Below are positions 21,048 to 33,327 of a stretch of 64,000 nt of DNA, piece by piece. Each line of letters starts with the position of its first letter. Positions within the stretch are counted from its first letter, which is position 1. Made by a program: the position numbers and the translations under genes. The stretch is from the NCBI GenBank assembly GCA_034520965.1, contig JAXHMY010000003.1, forward strand, positions 512,001 through 576,000, read 5' to 3'. This stretch comes from Spirochaetia bacterium (GTDB lineage Bacteria > Spirochaetota > Spirochaetia > DSM-16054 > Sediminispirochaetaceae). The notes beneath the pieces were generated by a model, which saw only the letters and a list, made by a program, of their open reading frames with translations, was not told the origin of the DNA and ran no database searches.

Positions 21048-22149
21048 TCATGGCTTTAGACGATAAAGGGAACCGTTTTTTTCATCTGTTAATAACCAGA
21101 GGTACCCTCCCGGGCCAGCCTTTACATCCCGAATTCGACCTATACGTCCCTGTAGCAGCTCCTCCTGGTTTACCACTCGAGTCCCTTCAAGTTCCACACG
21201 TCGTAAATGTTGTCCGGCCAAAGCACCGACAAACAGATCACCCCGCCATTCCGGAAATAAATCGCCGGTATAAAAACTCATCCCCGAAGGAGCTATAGAA
21301 GGGGTCCAGTGGAGAAGAGGAGCCGCGATGCCCGGAGCATCACTACCCGTCCCAATCGATCCTCCCCGATACTCTTCGCCGAAGCTTACCTTAGGCCAGC
21401 CGTAATTGGCACCTGCTTTAATTATATTCACTTCATCTCCGCCTCGTGGCCCGTGTTCGTGCTGCCAGATTCTGCCGGTATCCGGATGCACCGCCATACC
21501 CTGTGCGTTACGGTGTCCATACGAGAAAATCTCCGGTAGAGCTTCGTCTTGATTCACAAAGGGGTTATCCGCGGAATGCTCCCATCGGGGTTTAGCCTGA
21601 GAGTCGAACCGGCGGCATCGTTCAAATTTTGCGCCCTCTGCCGCTTACCACGCTCCCCGATACTCATATAAAGGCTGCCATCCGGGGCAAACACAATCCT
21701 CGAGCCGAAATGGACATTGCTTCGGGTAAAACGCGGCAGTCGGTACAGCTGTTCCCCCTCCTGCAGCTGGTTTCCCTCCAGGCGGGCGCGGTACAGAACC
21801 GTCCCGCTCCGCCTGCTCCGGAAGCGGAATAAGTAAAGTAGATAAATCTGTTGTTTTTAAAATCGGGGTGAACCGCAATATCCAACAGGCCTCCCTGTCC
21901 GATAGCGTATATATCCGGCAGCCCGTCCACCGACATCAGCTCACCGCCGCTCAGCCGCAGTATTCTGCCGGGCCTCTCACTTATCAAGATATCTCCGCTT
22001 GGTAGAAACGCCATTCCCCACGGGTGTTCAAGACCCTCCACTACCCTCTCAAGCTGGAACGATGTCTGCTGTGCGGTAGCGTACACCGGCAATAACACTG
22101 TTATCAACAAAATTAGAATAATGAAACCTGAGGATAATCGATATTTCAT
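21048..22149 (-). pseudogene. PQQ-dependent sugar dehydrogenase (YliI/GSDH family), frameshifted
   Basis: LEHPWGMAFLP, GQGGLLDI, YGHRNAQG, HEHGPRGGDE, SIAPSG split over frames. Confidence 0.85.
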
Positions 22150-22263
22150 TCTCTGCCTCCAAGAATTAATTTACTTATTTATTAGTAATTAAGTCAAATT
22201 TAGAATCGCTGAGTTTTGTAAATACCGCTTGTGAAGGAGCTGACGAGGCGCTATACTGTGTAC

Positions 22264-22602
22264 ATGACTAAAGAAGAACACGCTGAATTAAGAAATATTA
22301 TTGAAGCTAGAATTGAAGAGATCGAGGCAGCATTTCCCTACTTACAAGAAGAGACTCAAGCCATCGCACCGAGTGTAAGCCTTGGACGGCTCACCCGGAT
22401 GGATGCGTTGAGCGAAAAAGGCGTAAATGAATATGTGCTTTCACAGAATCGCAAGATTTTGGATAAGCTCCACAACGCCCTGGCACGTATGAACAAAGGT
22501 ACCTATGGAACCTGTCTTAAATGCGGGAGTGAAATTCCCTTTGGCCGGCTGCGCCTGGTACCTGAAGCCCTGGTCTGTGTCCCCTGCTCATCGAGAAAAT
22601 AA
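22264..22602 (+). CDS. TraR/DksA C4-type zinc finger protein
   Basis: GRLTRMDA coiled coil, YGTCLKCG...RL..VP..LVCVPC. Confidence 0.88.
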   Translation: MTKEEHAELRNIIEARIEEIEAAFPYLQEETQAIAPSVSLGRLTRMDALSEKGVNEYVLSQNRKILDKLHNALARMNKGTYGTCLKCGSEIPFGRLRLVPEALVCVPCSSRK

Positions 22603-22623
22603 AAAAACCTGCAATTGGGCTCT

Positions 22624-23187
22624 CTATTCTTCGAAATTCCACTCATCCTGTGCAATTACTTGTGTCTGCGGCACGCGGCTGCGGGCTGAATGCTCACTCT
22701 CTTTATGTTTATCGCTTAGTTTTTCATCGTCACCGGGATGGGCAATCGCAATAACCGTAATCACCACAAATTCATCGGGTATATTAAACTGCTCTTTTAA
22801 AACCGACGGTTTGAATCCCGCCATTGGATGGGCTATCAGCCCCTCATGCACCGCTTGATACTGAAGGCTCATAACCGCCTGCCCAAGATCAAATAAGGCA
22901 TATTCACGGCCTTCCTTCAGATTGCAATCCAGGTCCGCTTTTGTGACTGCTACTACAAACATAGGTGCATTTTTAGCCCAATAGTTACCGCCAAGCAAAC
23001 CTTCTTGCACCTTAGTCCGCGCTTCCTGGCTCGCTGCAACAATAAACCTCCAGGGCTGTTTGTTAGAACAGGAAGGGGCATAGATGGCCGCCGTCATTAT
23101 TCTATCCTGGACCTCTTGGACTACCGGCTTCTCGCTTATTCCTCGGTATGCTCTTCGCTGTTCAATTACCTCTAATAATCCTTGCAT
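22624..23187 (-). CDS. Nitroreductase family protein
   Basis: RRAYR, APSCSNKQPWRF, DLG, HPMAGF. Confidence 0.9.
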   Translation of the reverse strand: MQGLLEVIEQRRAYRGISEKPVVQEVQDRIMTAAIYAPSCSNKQPWRFIVAASQEARTKVQEGLLGGNYWAKNAPMFVVAVTKADLDCNLKEGREYALFDLGQAVMSLQYQAVHEGLIAHPMAGFKPSVLKEQFNIPDEFVVITVIAIAHPGDDEKLSDKHKESEHSARSRVPQTQVIAQDEWNFEE

Positions 23188-23196
23188 ATGATACTC

Positions 23197-24039
23197 CTAT
23201 AGTTCTTTAATTCTCTTTTCAACCTCATCAATAACCCAATCGGGAGTCGAAGCCCCGGCTGTAATTCCTATACTATCAAAGCCGGAAATCTCGTACGGTA
23301 CTTCTTCGCAACTTTCAATGTGCCAGGCAGGTCTGCCGGTTTCGACCGCAAGATCGTACAAACGCTTCGTATTTGAACTGTTTTTCCCACCGATCACCAA
23401 AATCGCTTCTACTTCGCGAGCCAAATTTTTAAGAGCAGCTTGCCGCTCCTGAGTAGCAGGGCAAATGCTCTGAACAATTGTGATGTTTTTATTTTTCTGT
23501 AGCAGTACCTCGCATACCGCATCGTATTCTCGCTGCGAAACGGTGGTCTGTGCAATAACCAAAGATTCATCCGGCACATCGATCTGTGCAGCCTGTTCTC
23601 TGTTTTCTACCACCGTAACTTCATCACTGTAACTTGCAACTGCCTGTACCTCGCCATGGTCGGCATCTCCCACCAAAATCACGTGACAGCCTGCTTGACA
23701 GTACTGTTCAACCAGCTTCATCGAGCGGAGTACCCTAGGACAGGTACCATCAACAATTGAAGCACCATGATCCTTTAACTTTCCATATATTTCCTGCGGC
23801 ACCCCATGTGCGCGAATCACTACTGTTCCCCCATCGACCTCATCGGGAGTATTGACCTGGCCAACCCCCCTTGCGGCCAATTTTTCAATAGCCTGCGCAT
23901 TATGAATCAATGGTCCGTAAGTAGTTACAGTATCATGTTCACCAGCGCGATCTGCCGCCAGTTCTACTTTATTCATTGCTGCTCGAACTCCCATACAGAA
24001 CCCAAGCACTTTGGCTCTTTTCACTCTCTTCGCTTTCAT
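23197..24039 (-). CDS. ispH: 4-hydroxy-3-methylbut-2-enyl diphosphate reductase
   Basis: GFCMGV, IHN, RAHG, DGTCP, HGEV, AQTT, ICPAT, SSNT, TAGASTP. Confidence 0.95.
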   Translation of the reverse strand: MKAKRVKRAKVLGFCMGVRAAMNKVELAADRAGEHDTVTTYGPLIHNAQAIEKLAARGVGQVNTPDEVDGGTVVIRAHGVPQEIYGKLKDHGASIVDGTCPRVLRSMKLVEQYCQAGCHVILVGDADHGEVQAVASYSDEVTVVENREQAAQIDVPDESLVIAQTTVSQREYDAVCEVLLQKNKNITIVQSICPATQERQAALKNLAREVEAILVIGGKNSSNTKRLYDLAVETGRPAWHIESCEEVPYEISGFDSIGITAGASTPDWVIDEVEKRIKEL

Positions 24040-24057
24040 TAGAATAAGTATACTAAT

Positions 24058-24098
24058 AAAAAAGCGACCTTTCCACCCAAAGGTGTAGGTCGCTTTTT
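24058..24098. terminator. Intrinsic terminator downstream of secF
   Basis: aaaaagcgacct...aggtcgcttttt stem with A/T tails. Confidence 0.7.
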
Positions 24099-24171
24099 AT
24101 TTGAAACTTCGCCGCGGGATATAATTGTTGAATAACCCGGGTTGTACTTTATGTACTTAGCTACTTACTAT

Positions 24172-25530
24172 TTATTTCTTCTTTCGTTTTTTACGCTTGC
24201 CCTTCTGCTTGCGCTCTGCTGAAGGTATTTCGATATCCTCGCTCTTTACAGCTTTTTCAACTGGCGCAGACTCTCCCTTAGCGGGAACAGCCTTCTCTTC
24301 GATCTCGGCTTTAGTTGCTTTAGGAGCCAGGCCGCGTTTTAGACGCTGCCTTTTTTCACGGCTGCGGCGCCATCCTAACAGCATTGGAGATGCCACGAAT
24401 ACAGATGAGTAGGTACCGACAATAATACCAACAATCAGGTTGAGGGCAAAATCTTTAATAGCACCGGTACCGAAGGTGTAGAGCGCTGTAACTGCCAACA
24501 AAGTAGTCAATGAGGTGATCAAAGTTCGACTCAAAGACTGGGTGATACTGGTATTGATAATATCTTCTATATCGCGCCCCTGCAGCAGTCCTTCATTCTC
24601 ACGTATTCGGTCAAAGATTACGATCGTATCGTTCAAAGAGTAACCTATAATAGTCAGAACTGCAGCAATCGTAGTAGTTGAAACCTCCAGCTGCGTCGCA
24701 CCAATAAACCCTAGCATAACCACCACATCGTGGGTCAGGGCAACAATAGCAGAGATTGCATAGCCGAACTGAAAGCGAAACCAAATATAAATAAGAATCA
24801 GCACCAGAGCCATAAGTGTTAAGCTGAATGACTGTTGGGCCAGGGTTTGCGAGAAACGTGGACCCACGTATTCCGAACTCTTAATCACCACTGAACCATC
24901 ACCAAAGGACTCTTCGAGCAGCCTACGAATATCAGTTTCCAACTGGTCTTTTTTATCTCCGGTTGGATCCTCGACCCGCACCAGATATTCCTGATGGAAG
25001 GCTGTACCTACCACCTGTACCTGCGGGTTATCAAGACTACCCAGCGCATTTCTTATTTGTTCAATTTGCAAATAATTATCAGGATCATCATTACGCAGGT
25101 TCACCTTAACCGGAGACTCGCCTAGCTCCTGAGGGTATCTGAGTCCAGTTACAATCAGAGAACTATCAAGAGTTTGATCTGCGGTCAGGTCAGTGCTTAT
25201 GTTCTCAAGCCCATCCAGTGCTCCGGTTAAGTTTCGCAAGGTTTCGTGTTGACTAAAAGGGAGCTCGTAGGTATCTACCCCCTCTTCGCCGCGAACCTCA
25301 ACCACCATCGTTTCACCCTGGACGTTCAGAGTAGCATCGTCCTCGCCCGTATAACTAACGGTAAATCCGACTGGAGCAACCTGTACTCGCTGATTCAGTC
25401 CGGCCTGAAAATCAATTCCCAGGTTAAATCCGCCCTGGCCGGCGGTAGCGGCAATTCCTGCTATGATTACCACAACAGAAACAGCTATCATATAATACCG
25501 AAGTTTAGTAAATCTTATCATCTTGGTCAT
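24172..25530 (-). CDS. secF: Protein translocase subunit SecF
   Basis: GIDFQAG, YIWFRF, HDV, IIGYSLNDTIVIFDRIRE, RTLITS. Confidence 0.95.
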   Translation of the reverse strand: MTKMIRFTKLRYYMIAVSVVVIIAGIAATAGQGGFNLGIDFQAGLNQRVQVAPVGFTVSYTGEDDATLNVQGETMVVEVRGEEGVDTYELPFSQHETLRNLTGALDGLENISTDLTADQTLDSSLIVTGLRYPQELGESPVKVNLRNDDPDNYLQIEQIRNALGSLDNPQVQVVGTAFHQEYLVRVEDPTGDKKDQLETDIRRLLEESFGDGSVVIKSSEYVGPRFSQTLAQQSFSLTLMALVLILIYIWFRFQFGYAISAIVALTHDVVVMLGFIGATQLEVSTTTIAAVLTIIGYSLNDTIVIFDRIRENEGLLQGRDIEDIINTSITQSLSRTLITSLTTLLAVTALYTFGTGAIKDFALNLIVGIIVGTYSSVFVASPMLLGWRRSREKRQRLKRGLAPKATKAEIEEKAVPAKGESAPVEKAVKSEDIEIPSAERKQKGKRKKRKKK

Positions 25531-27254
25531 CGAACCCTCCAGCCTATACTCAGTTTCTTCGCATTTAACTGCTCGACACCAAAATCAAACACCAGCCGCG
25601 ATACAAACAGGGCGGTAAACATCGAACTTACGATACCTACAGCAAGGGTATTGGCAAATCCCTGCACCGGACCTGAACCCAACTGGGAAAGTACCAGAGC
25701 TGCAATAAAGGTAGTAATGTTGGCATCCATGATGGTCCAGAAGGCCTTCCGGAAACCTGCTTTTACCGAAGCATCAGGAGTTTTTCCTAAGCGATACTCC
25801 TCTTTGATGCGTTCAAATATAATAACGTTTGCATCCACCGCCATACCAACCGTTAAAATAATACCGGCAATACTGGTGAGAGTCAGCGTCAAATTAAACG
25901 CCGATAGAATAGCAACAATAAAAACAAGGTTTAGAATCAATGCAAGGTCGGCAATCACACCTGCGAGCTTATAATAGATAACCATGAAAATAATTACCAA
26001 GATAAACCCAAGGCTTATCGCCTGCAGTCCCTGACGTACCGAATCTTCACCCAGAGATGCACCAACTGCCTGTTGATTGTTCACCTTTAAGTCAACCGGT
26101 AATGCGGCGGTCCGCAGAACCAGTGCAAGGTCATTTGCCTCGTCTCGGTCAAAACCGGTCATCTGAACACGATCACGAATAGGCTCAGAAATTCGTGCCA
26201 TGGATTTTACTTTATCATCCAGCAGAATCGCCATAGTTTCGCCCTGGTTAGCTGAGGTGAGCTTATAGAAAATCTCGCCTCCCTCACGATCCATAGAAAA
26301 GTTAATCACCGGCTTGCTGGTAATTGGGTGTTGCCCAACAGTAGCGTTCTGAATGTGCGATCCATCAAGTCCAACTTCTTCGCGAACTACCACATAACGC
26401 TGTAGTTTATCGATTCCGTATTGGTCTTTGGTATAATAACCGCGGATCACCAAACCTGCCGGCACAAAATCCGGCCTTCGTATTTGGCCTCTCTCCGTAT
26501 AGACCTTAGTTGGATTTTCGACAAAGTAACTTGATACTTGCTCGCTCATCTCCTGATCTACAATGTGAAAGTTAAGAGAACCTTTGCCCATTAGAAATGA
26601 GTTTACCCGTTCAGGGTCGGCAGCACCGGGTATATTTACCGCAATCTGATTCTGCCCCTGACGGCGGATCTCAGGCTCGGTCACACCGAACTTATCAATT
26701 CGGTTATTGAGGATTTCCATCGCCCGGTTGACGGCTTGTTCCTGGTCCTGGCTTGTTGGTTCACGATCCAGCCGTTCTTCCAAACTGTCAAGGTCAGCTT
26801 CGAGTAAAATGCGCATACCCCCGGAAAGATCCAGACCGAGCTGCATTACGCTGTTGCTCTGTTCCTTTAATTCTATCAAAGTTTTACGATGATAGGCTTC
26901 CAATGCGTCAAAAGCTTCCGACTCGCTGTCGAAAGCAGCTAAGATAGTCTGCACCGTCCAATTATCGGGCAGGTCTCGACCGTCCATTTTGTACCGCTCT
27001 TCTGCGGTCTCGATTAAGTGTTGATTGTCTGTAGGAATAGTCTGGTTAGGATCTTCTTCTACCAGTTCTTTTAACTGCTCAAGTTCTTTGGCAGCCTGCC
27101 CGCGGGCATACTCCCGTATCTGGATTTTTGATCCGGCGGCAAGTTCCTTTTTCTCTTCCGGTACCATAAAGTACCACTCAAAAGTGGGATAGAGAAAAAT
27201 TCCGCTTACAACAAGCACCAGAATAATAACCAGTAACCGTCCACGTTTGCTCAT
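25527..27254 (-). CDS. secD: Protein translocase subunit SecD
   Basis: LGLDLSGG, RIDKFGVTEP, GMAVDANVIIFERIKEE. Confidence 0.96.
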   Translation of the reverse strand: MSKRGRLLVIILVLVVSGIFLYPTFEWYFMVPEEKKELAAGSKIQIREYARGQAAKELEQLKELVEEDPNQTIPTDNQHLIETAEERYKMDGRDLPDNWTVQTILAAFDSESEAFDALEAYHRKTLIELKEQSNSVMQLGLDLSGGMRILLEADLDSLEERLDREPTSQDQEQAVNRAMEILNNRIDKFGVTEPEIRRQGQNQIAVNIPGAADPERVNSFLMGKGSLNFHIVDQEMSEQVSSYFVENPTKVYTERGQIRRPDFVPAGLVIRGYYTKDQYGIDKLQRYVVVREEVGLDGSHIQNATVGQHPITSKPVINFSMDREGGEIFYKLTSANQGETMAILLDDKVKSMARISEPIRDRVQMTGFDRDEANDLALVLRTAALPVDLKVNNQQAVGASLGEDSVRQGLQAISLGFILVIIFMVIYYKLAGVIADLALILNLVFIVAILSAFNLTLTLTSIAGIILTVGMAVDANVIIFERIKEEYRLGKTPDASVKAGFRKAFWTIMDANITTFIAALVLSQLGSGPVQGFANTLAVGIVSSMFTALFVSRLVFDFGVEQLNAKKLSIGWRVR

Positions 27255-27305
27255 AGGTTAACTCCGACTGTGGGTTTGTTCAGTAATTGTACTTGTAATT
27301 GTTAG

Positions 27306-27713
27306 TTACTCTTTTTCATCAATGGCTTCAGTTTCTTCTGAATCCTCAATTTCTTCTTCTTTTGCCTGTTTCTTGTCCAACACGGAAGCAACTGCGTTCT
27401 TTGAAAACTCAATCTTGGAGTTTTCATCGACTTTCACAACCACAGTCTGTTCTTTCACGGACGTAACTGTTCCGCGAATCCCGCCGATGGTAGCAACCTT
27501 ATCGCCCTTTTTGAGCGCGGCTATCATCTTCTGTGTCTGTTTTTGCTTCTTGTTCTGAGGACGAATAATCAGAAAATAGAAGATAAGAATTACCAGTCCA
27601 AATGTAACAAATGTCGTCATCATTTGTCCGGATGCACTACCACCAGCTGCACCGCCCTGCGGTGCACCCATCAATATAGGTACATGTGCTAATAGGTTTA
27701 TCATTTTTAACAA
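27306..27713 (-). CDS. yajC: Preprotein translocase subunit YajC
   Basis: FYFLIIRPQNKKQK, LKKGDKVATIGGIRG; directly upstream of secD. Confidence 0.93.
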   Translation of the reverse strand: MLKMINLLAHVPILMGAPQGGAAGGSASGQMMTTFVTFGLVILIFYFLIIRPQNKKQKQTQKMIAALKKGDKVATIGGIRGTVTSVKEQTVVVKVDENSKIEFSKNAVASVLDKKQAKEEEIEDSEETEAIDEKE

Positions 27714-27797
27714 TCCTCTCCATAATAGTTTTTGGGAAGTTGGAAAAACGTACCACGGATACTAGGCATAGTCAAGGAGTCCGTGTACGTACTTAAA

Positions 27798-28094
27798 TTA
27801 CAAGACTTTAATCTTTTCTATTTCTTCAGGTACTTCAAATACACCCAGCATTCGCTTCATATCATTTACAGATTCCAGCTTGGCTCCACTCTTCTGGTTA
27901 TATTTTTCGACTACCTGCTGCATCTGCTCTTCACTCTGTGCATACAACGCAGAGCAAAATGCTGCCCGCCAGAGACCCCTTTCAGCCAACTCTTCTGTTG
28001 AAAGCTTACTAAAATCCTTCCGCGCGCGACTGTCTATCAAAGCAGTATCGCCCTGATACCCGATTGTAAAAACAAAATCATCTCGCTTCATCAT
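27798..28094 (-). CDS. Hypothetical protein (98 aa)
   Basis: GGAGG RBS before MMKRDDFVFTIGY; fills the gap between groEL and yajC. Confidence 0.7.
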   Translation of the reverse strand: MMKRDDFVFTIGYQGDTALIDSRARKDFSKLSTEELAERGLWRAAFCSALYAQSEEQMQQVVEKYNQKSGAKLESVNDMKRMLGVFEVPEEIEKIKVL

Positions 28095-28139
28095 TCCTCC
28101 TTTCTGCCCAGAATAGTAGCACCATAATAATAGTAACAC

Positions 28140-28179
28140 AAAAAAAGGGCTTGGTGCAGTACTGCTGCACGCAAGCCCC
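28140..28179 (-). terminator. Intrinsic terminator of groEL
   Basis: gggcttg...caagccc stem followed by a T-run on the minus strand. Confidence 0.65.
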
Positions 28180-28233
28180 ACTTATTTACTACACGCTAAA
28201 TATATTATATATGCTGCGTGGGAGAAATGCGGC

Positions 28234-29916
<1,683 letters not shown>

Positions 29917-30041
29917 TTAATTTGTGTTTTAACTTTCTTTTGAGTGGATTACACTATAAATCTAAAGACAAAATACTAATCTTTTAGCCAATCATCAACT
30001 GTTAAATTAATTTTTTTTATTGTCATGCTTCCTCACCCCTT

Positions 30042-30623
30042 CTATTCGGTCTGGGGCTCACCCTTCAATCCAATCTCATCAGCCACATCTCGCATTCCCA
30101 TAATGGTATCGGAAATTAACTCCGTCAGCTCGACCCCTAGGTAATCCACACCGCTTTGTATCAAATCGCGGTCGACCGCTGCAGAAAAGCCTTTATCTTT
30201 CCATTTCTTTTTTACAGATTTTGCCTTGGTATCCAGAACACTCTTCGAAGGACGCACAAGGGCAGTAGCGGTTACCAATCCGGTCAGTTCATCAATAGCA
30301 AAGAGGGACTTTTCCATAAGTGATTGAGGTTCAATATCGTTTACCCGGCTGTAGCCGTGGCTCTGAACCGCTCGGATATACTCTTCCGGCCATCCTCGCT
30401 CTTCGAGAATATCCCTGACCTTCGTACAATGCTGATCTGGGTACTGCTGGTAATCGACATCGTGGATCAGTCCGACCACCCCCCATTTCTCCTCATCTTC
30501 TCCGTGCTTACGGGCTAAGTATCGCATCACTCCTTCGACTGCCAGACAGTGTTTGATTAAATTATCCGATTGAATATACTCATTTAACAAATTCCATGCG
30601 TCATCTCGGGTTGGTTTATCCAT
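30042..30623 (-). CDS. HD-domain (HDIG) phosphohydrolase
   Basis: KHCLAVE, GLIHDVDY, SHG, DELTGL. Confidence 0.85.
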   Translation of the reverse strand: MDKPTRDDAWNLLNEYIQSDNLIKHCLAVEGVMRYLARKHGEDEEKWGVVGLIHDVDYQQYPDQHCTKVRDILEERGWPEEYIRAVQSHGYSRVNDIEPQSLMEKSLFAIDELTGLVTATALVRPSKSVLDTKAKSVKKKWKDKGFSAAVDRDLIQSGVDYLGVELTELISDTIMGMRDVADEIGLKGEPQTE

Positions 30624-30634
30624 GTAGCTACTCC

Positions 30635-31363
30635 TTATTCTCCGCTATATAGTGAATGTATTTTCCCACTTTTTTGCAACAACCGCAACTCCCCCGACTC
30701 CCCAATGCCGGTTATAATACCGCTCACTTGGCGGCCGGAGTGGGGATCGCCCTCTACTAGAGATACTTCTTCATCCAGCTGGTAAAGCCACGGCCGAACC
30801 AGTATGGGCAGCTGCACCACCATAAGAAGCTTATCCAATTCCAACAGCAATCCCGGCAGCAGTTCCACCGGCTCCGGGCGTACTCCACCCTCTAAAAAAA
30901 TGGAAGTGGCCGGTTTACGCAGTTCGGAGGAAAACCAATCCTGCAGCACATTCAAACCAATTCCCACGTATACATACTCGGAAGTGCTTTCGCAGAGGAT
31001 ACCGCATATCTTCTTCCCCTCTACCAGCACATCGTTCGGCCACTTTATCAGAGATCTGAACTGAAACTCCTGTTTGAGGAGTCTACTTACCGCCAGGGCT
31101 GTCCGAATCGGTAGTGAGGAGACGGGGGCTTTCATATTCTCCCTCTTAAAAACTATGGTGCATAACAGCCCTTCATTCTGCCCTGCCTGCCACTCACGTC
31201 CACTGCCGCGCCCTCGCCCGGCACTTTGTCGTCCTGCAGTTATCACCAGCCCATGTTCCGGAGAATCTTCAAACTCACTGCGGGCCACCTGCATTGTTGA
31301 ATCTACCTCTGAAAGATAAAAAATGGATGCTCCGAAAGGATTGGGCAGGTGAAGTTGTTTCAT
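30635..31363 (-). CDS. birA: Biotin--[acetyl-CoA carboxylase] ligase (no HTH domain)
   Basis: VDST, QSAGRGR, IKWPND, KKICGIL. Confidence 0.92.
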   Translation of the reverse strand: MKQLHLPNPFGASIFYLSEVDSTMQVARSEFEDSPEHGLVITAGRQSAGRGRGSGREWQAGQNEGLLCTIVFKRENMKAPVSSLPIRTALAVSRLLKQEFQFRSLIKWPNDVLVEGKKICGILCESTSEYVYVGIGLNVLQDWFSSELRKPATSIFLEGGVRPEPVELLPGLLLELDKLLMVVQLPILVRPWLYQLDEEVSLVEGDPHSGRQVSGIITGIGESGELRLLQKSGKIHSLYSGE

Positions 31364-31439
31364 AAGAAAATATTAAAACAGTTTTACGATGAAAACGCAA
31401 CTTTACATAGGTATTAATTAAAAAAAGAGTGTTCACATC

Positions 31440-31497
31440 TTGAAATTATCACCTCATAAGTGTAAATTTATTCAAAATATGAGTATAAATATACAAA
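31440..31497 (+). promoter_or_regulatory. argR-argG promoter with tandem ARG boxes
   Basis: TTGAAA-17 bp-TAAATT; 18-bp boxes agTGTAAATTTATTCAaa (31459-31476) and tgAGTATAAATATACAaa (31480-31497) spaced by 3 bp, the classic ArgR operator layout. Confidence 0.8.
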
Positions 31498-31522
31498 TTG
31501 AAATTTTTACAGGATACCTATA

Positions 31523-31993
31523 ATGAAAGATAGATCCGAACGTCTAAAGAAGATCAAAGAACTCATTCGTAATCACCGTATTGAAAGCCAGGAATCCTTG
31601 CTTTCACTTTTGGAGAAGGAACATTTCAATGTGACTCAGGCTACTCTCTCCAGAGACCTTAAGTACCTGCGGGTGAGTAAAATTTCCGACGGCTGGTCGG
31701 GCTATTACTACTCCCTGCCAACCGATGAAAGCCCCCCGAAGGCTGAACAGGGCTACATCCAGGATGCCCGCCGAGGAATCGTTGCACTGGAGTTTTCCTA
31801 TAACTTTGGAGTCATAAAAACATTGCCTGGGCATGCCGACAGCGTGGCCCTGGCACTCGATAAGCTGAACCTGCCGGAAATATTGGGCACAGTTGCCGGG
31901 GACGACACCATTTTCGTAATTCTGCGGGAAGGGATGACTAAAGAGGATTTAACAACCTCTTTTCAGTCAAAAATTCCTGAAGTAGATACATAA
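31523..31993 (+). CDS. argR: Arginine repressor
   Basis: SQE, TQATLSRDL, GTVAGDDTI. Confidence 0.95.
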   Translation: MKDRSERLKKIKELIRNHRIESQESLLSLLEKEHFNVTQATLSRDLKYLRVSKISDGWSGYYYSLPTDESPPKAEQGYIQDARRGIVALEFSYNFGVIKTLPGHADSVALALDKLNLPEILGTVAGDDTIFVILREGMTKEDLTTSFQSKIPEVDT

Positions 31994-32021
31994 TTATTCT
32001 TAACAGCATAAGGAGATAAAT

Positions 32022-33296
32022 ATGAAAGCTACAGAAATAGACAAGATTGTACTCGCCTATTCCGGCGGGCTGGACACCTCGATTATCATCCCATGGTTAA
32101 AAGAGAACTACAGTAACGCCGAAATTGTCGGGGTATGCGTCAATGTAGGCCAGGATGAGGACTGGGACAATATGGAGGACAAGGCAAAAGCCTCAGGCGC
32201 CTCTAAGCTCTACATTATCGATGCACGAGAGGAGTTCTGTGATGACTATCTGTATCCGATGCTGCGAGCCGGAGCGGTGTATGAGGGTAAGTACCTGCTG
32301 GGAACCTCGATTGCTCGGCCCCTTCAGGCAAAGCACATTGCAGAAATTGCTCTAAAAGAGGATGCACAGGCGGTTGCCCACGGCTGCACAGGCAAGGGGA
32401 ACGACCAAGTTCGTTTCGAGCTCTCTTTTAAGGCCTTGGCGCCGCATCTGAAAGTAATCGCGCCTTGGCGTATGTGGGATATCCACAGCCGTGAAGAGGC
32501 TATCGACTATGCGAAGGCACATAACATCCCCCTTGGCAACATTTCTAAAAAGAATATCTATTCCCGTGACTGGAACAGCTGGCACATGAGCCATGAAGGG
32601 GGCGACCTGGAAGATCCATGGAACCGGCCTCAGGAGCACATGTATCAGCTAAGTAAATCGCCGGCGGATGCTCCTGATCGTGAGACTGCCGTCACCCTGG
32701 AATTTGAGCACTCCTTTCCCGTAGCGTTGAACGGTAAGAAAATGAGTTTTCAGGAAATTTTGGACGAGCTTAACACATTAGGTGCGGAAAACGGCATCGG
32801 CCGTTCGGATATGGTAGAAACCCGTACCGTAGGTATGAAAAGCCGAGGTGTGTATGAGACTCCCGGTGGCACGATTCTCTACGCTGCAGTCAAAGAGCTG
32901 GAAACTATTACCCTCGATGGGGACACTATGAGTATGAAAAATACTTTGGCCCTCAAATACTCTGAATTGGTGTATGTAGGCAAGTGGTTTACCACTGTAA
33001 AAGATTCTATTGACGAGTTTATGGCCAAGGCAACCGAATTTGTCTCCGGTACGGTAAAAATGGCTCTTTACAAAGGCAACGTAATTGTGGCCGGTCGAAC
33101 ATCCCCTTACAGTCTGTACCTGGAAGACCTTGCATCCTTCGGCGCAACCTCTTACAATCATAAGGACGCCACAGGGTTTATTAACCTGTACGGCCTGTCT
33201 ACCGGCGTGTCGGCGATGGCACATAGGAAACTGGAAGAGTCAACCGGACAGGTTAACGAAATGAAAAAGACGGCCGCCACCTACCACGATAAATAG
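32022..33296 (+). CDS. argG: Argininosuccinate synthase
   Basis: AYSGGLDTS, HGCTGKGNDQVRFE, KSRGVYETPG. Confidence 0.97.
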   Translation: MKATEIDKIVLAYSGGLDTSIIIPWLKENYSNAEIVGVCVNVGQDEDWDNMEDKAKASGASKLYIIDAREEFCDDYLYPMLRAGAVYEGKYLLGTSIARPLQAKHIAEIALKEDAQAVAHGCTGKGNDQVRFELSFKALAPHLKVIAPWRMWDIHSREEAIDYAKAHNIPLGNISKKNIYSRDWNSWHMSHEGGDLEDPWNRPQEHMYQLSKSPADAPDRETAVTLEFEHSFPVALNGKKMSFQEILDELNTLGAENGIGRSDMVETRTVGMKSRGVYETPGGTILYAAVKELETITLDGDTMSMKNTLALKYSELVYVGKWFTTVKDSIDEFMAKATEFVSGTVKMALYKGNVIVAGRTSPYSLYLEDLASFGATSYNHKDATGFINLYGLSTGVSAMAHRKLEESTGQVNEMKKTAATYHDK

Positions 33297-33327
33297 TGCC
33301 GGGGCAGCGTCGTCGAGGAGCGGAAAC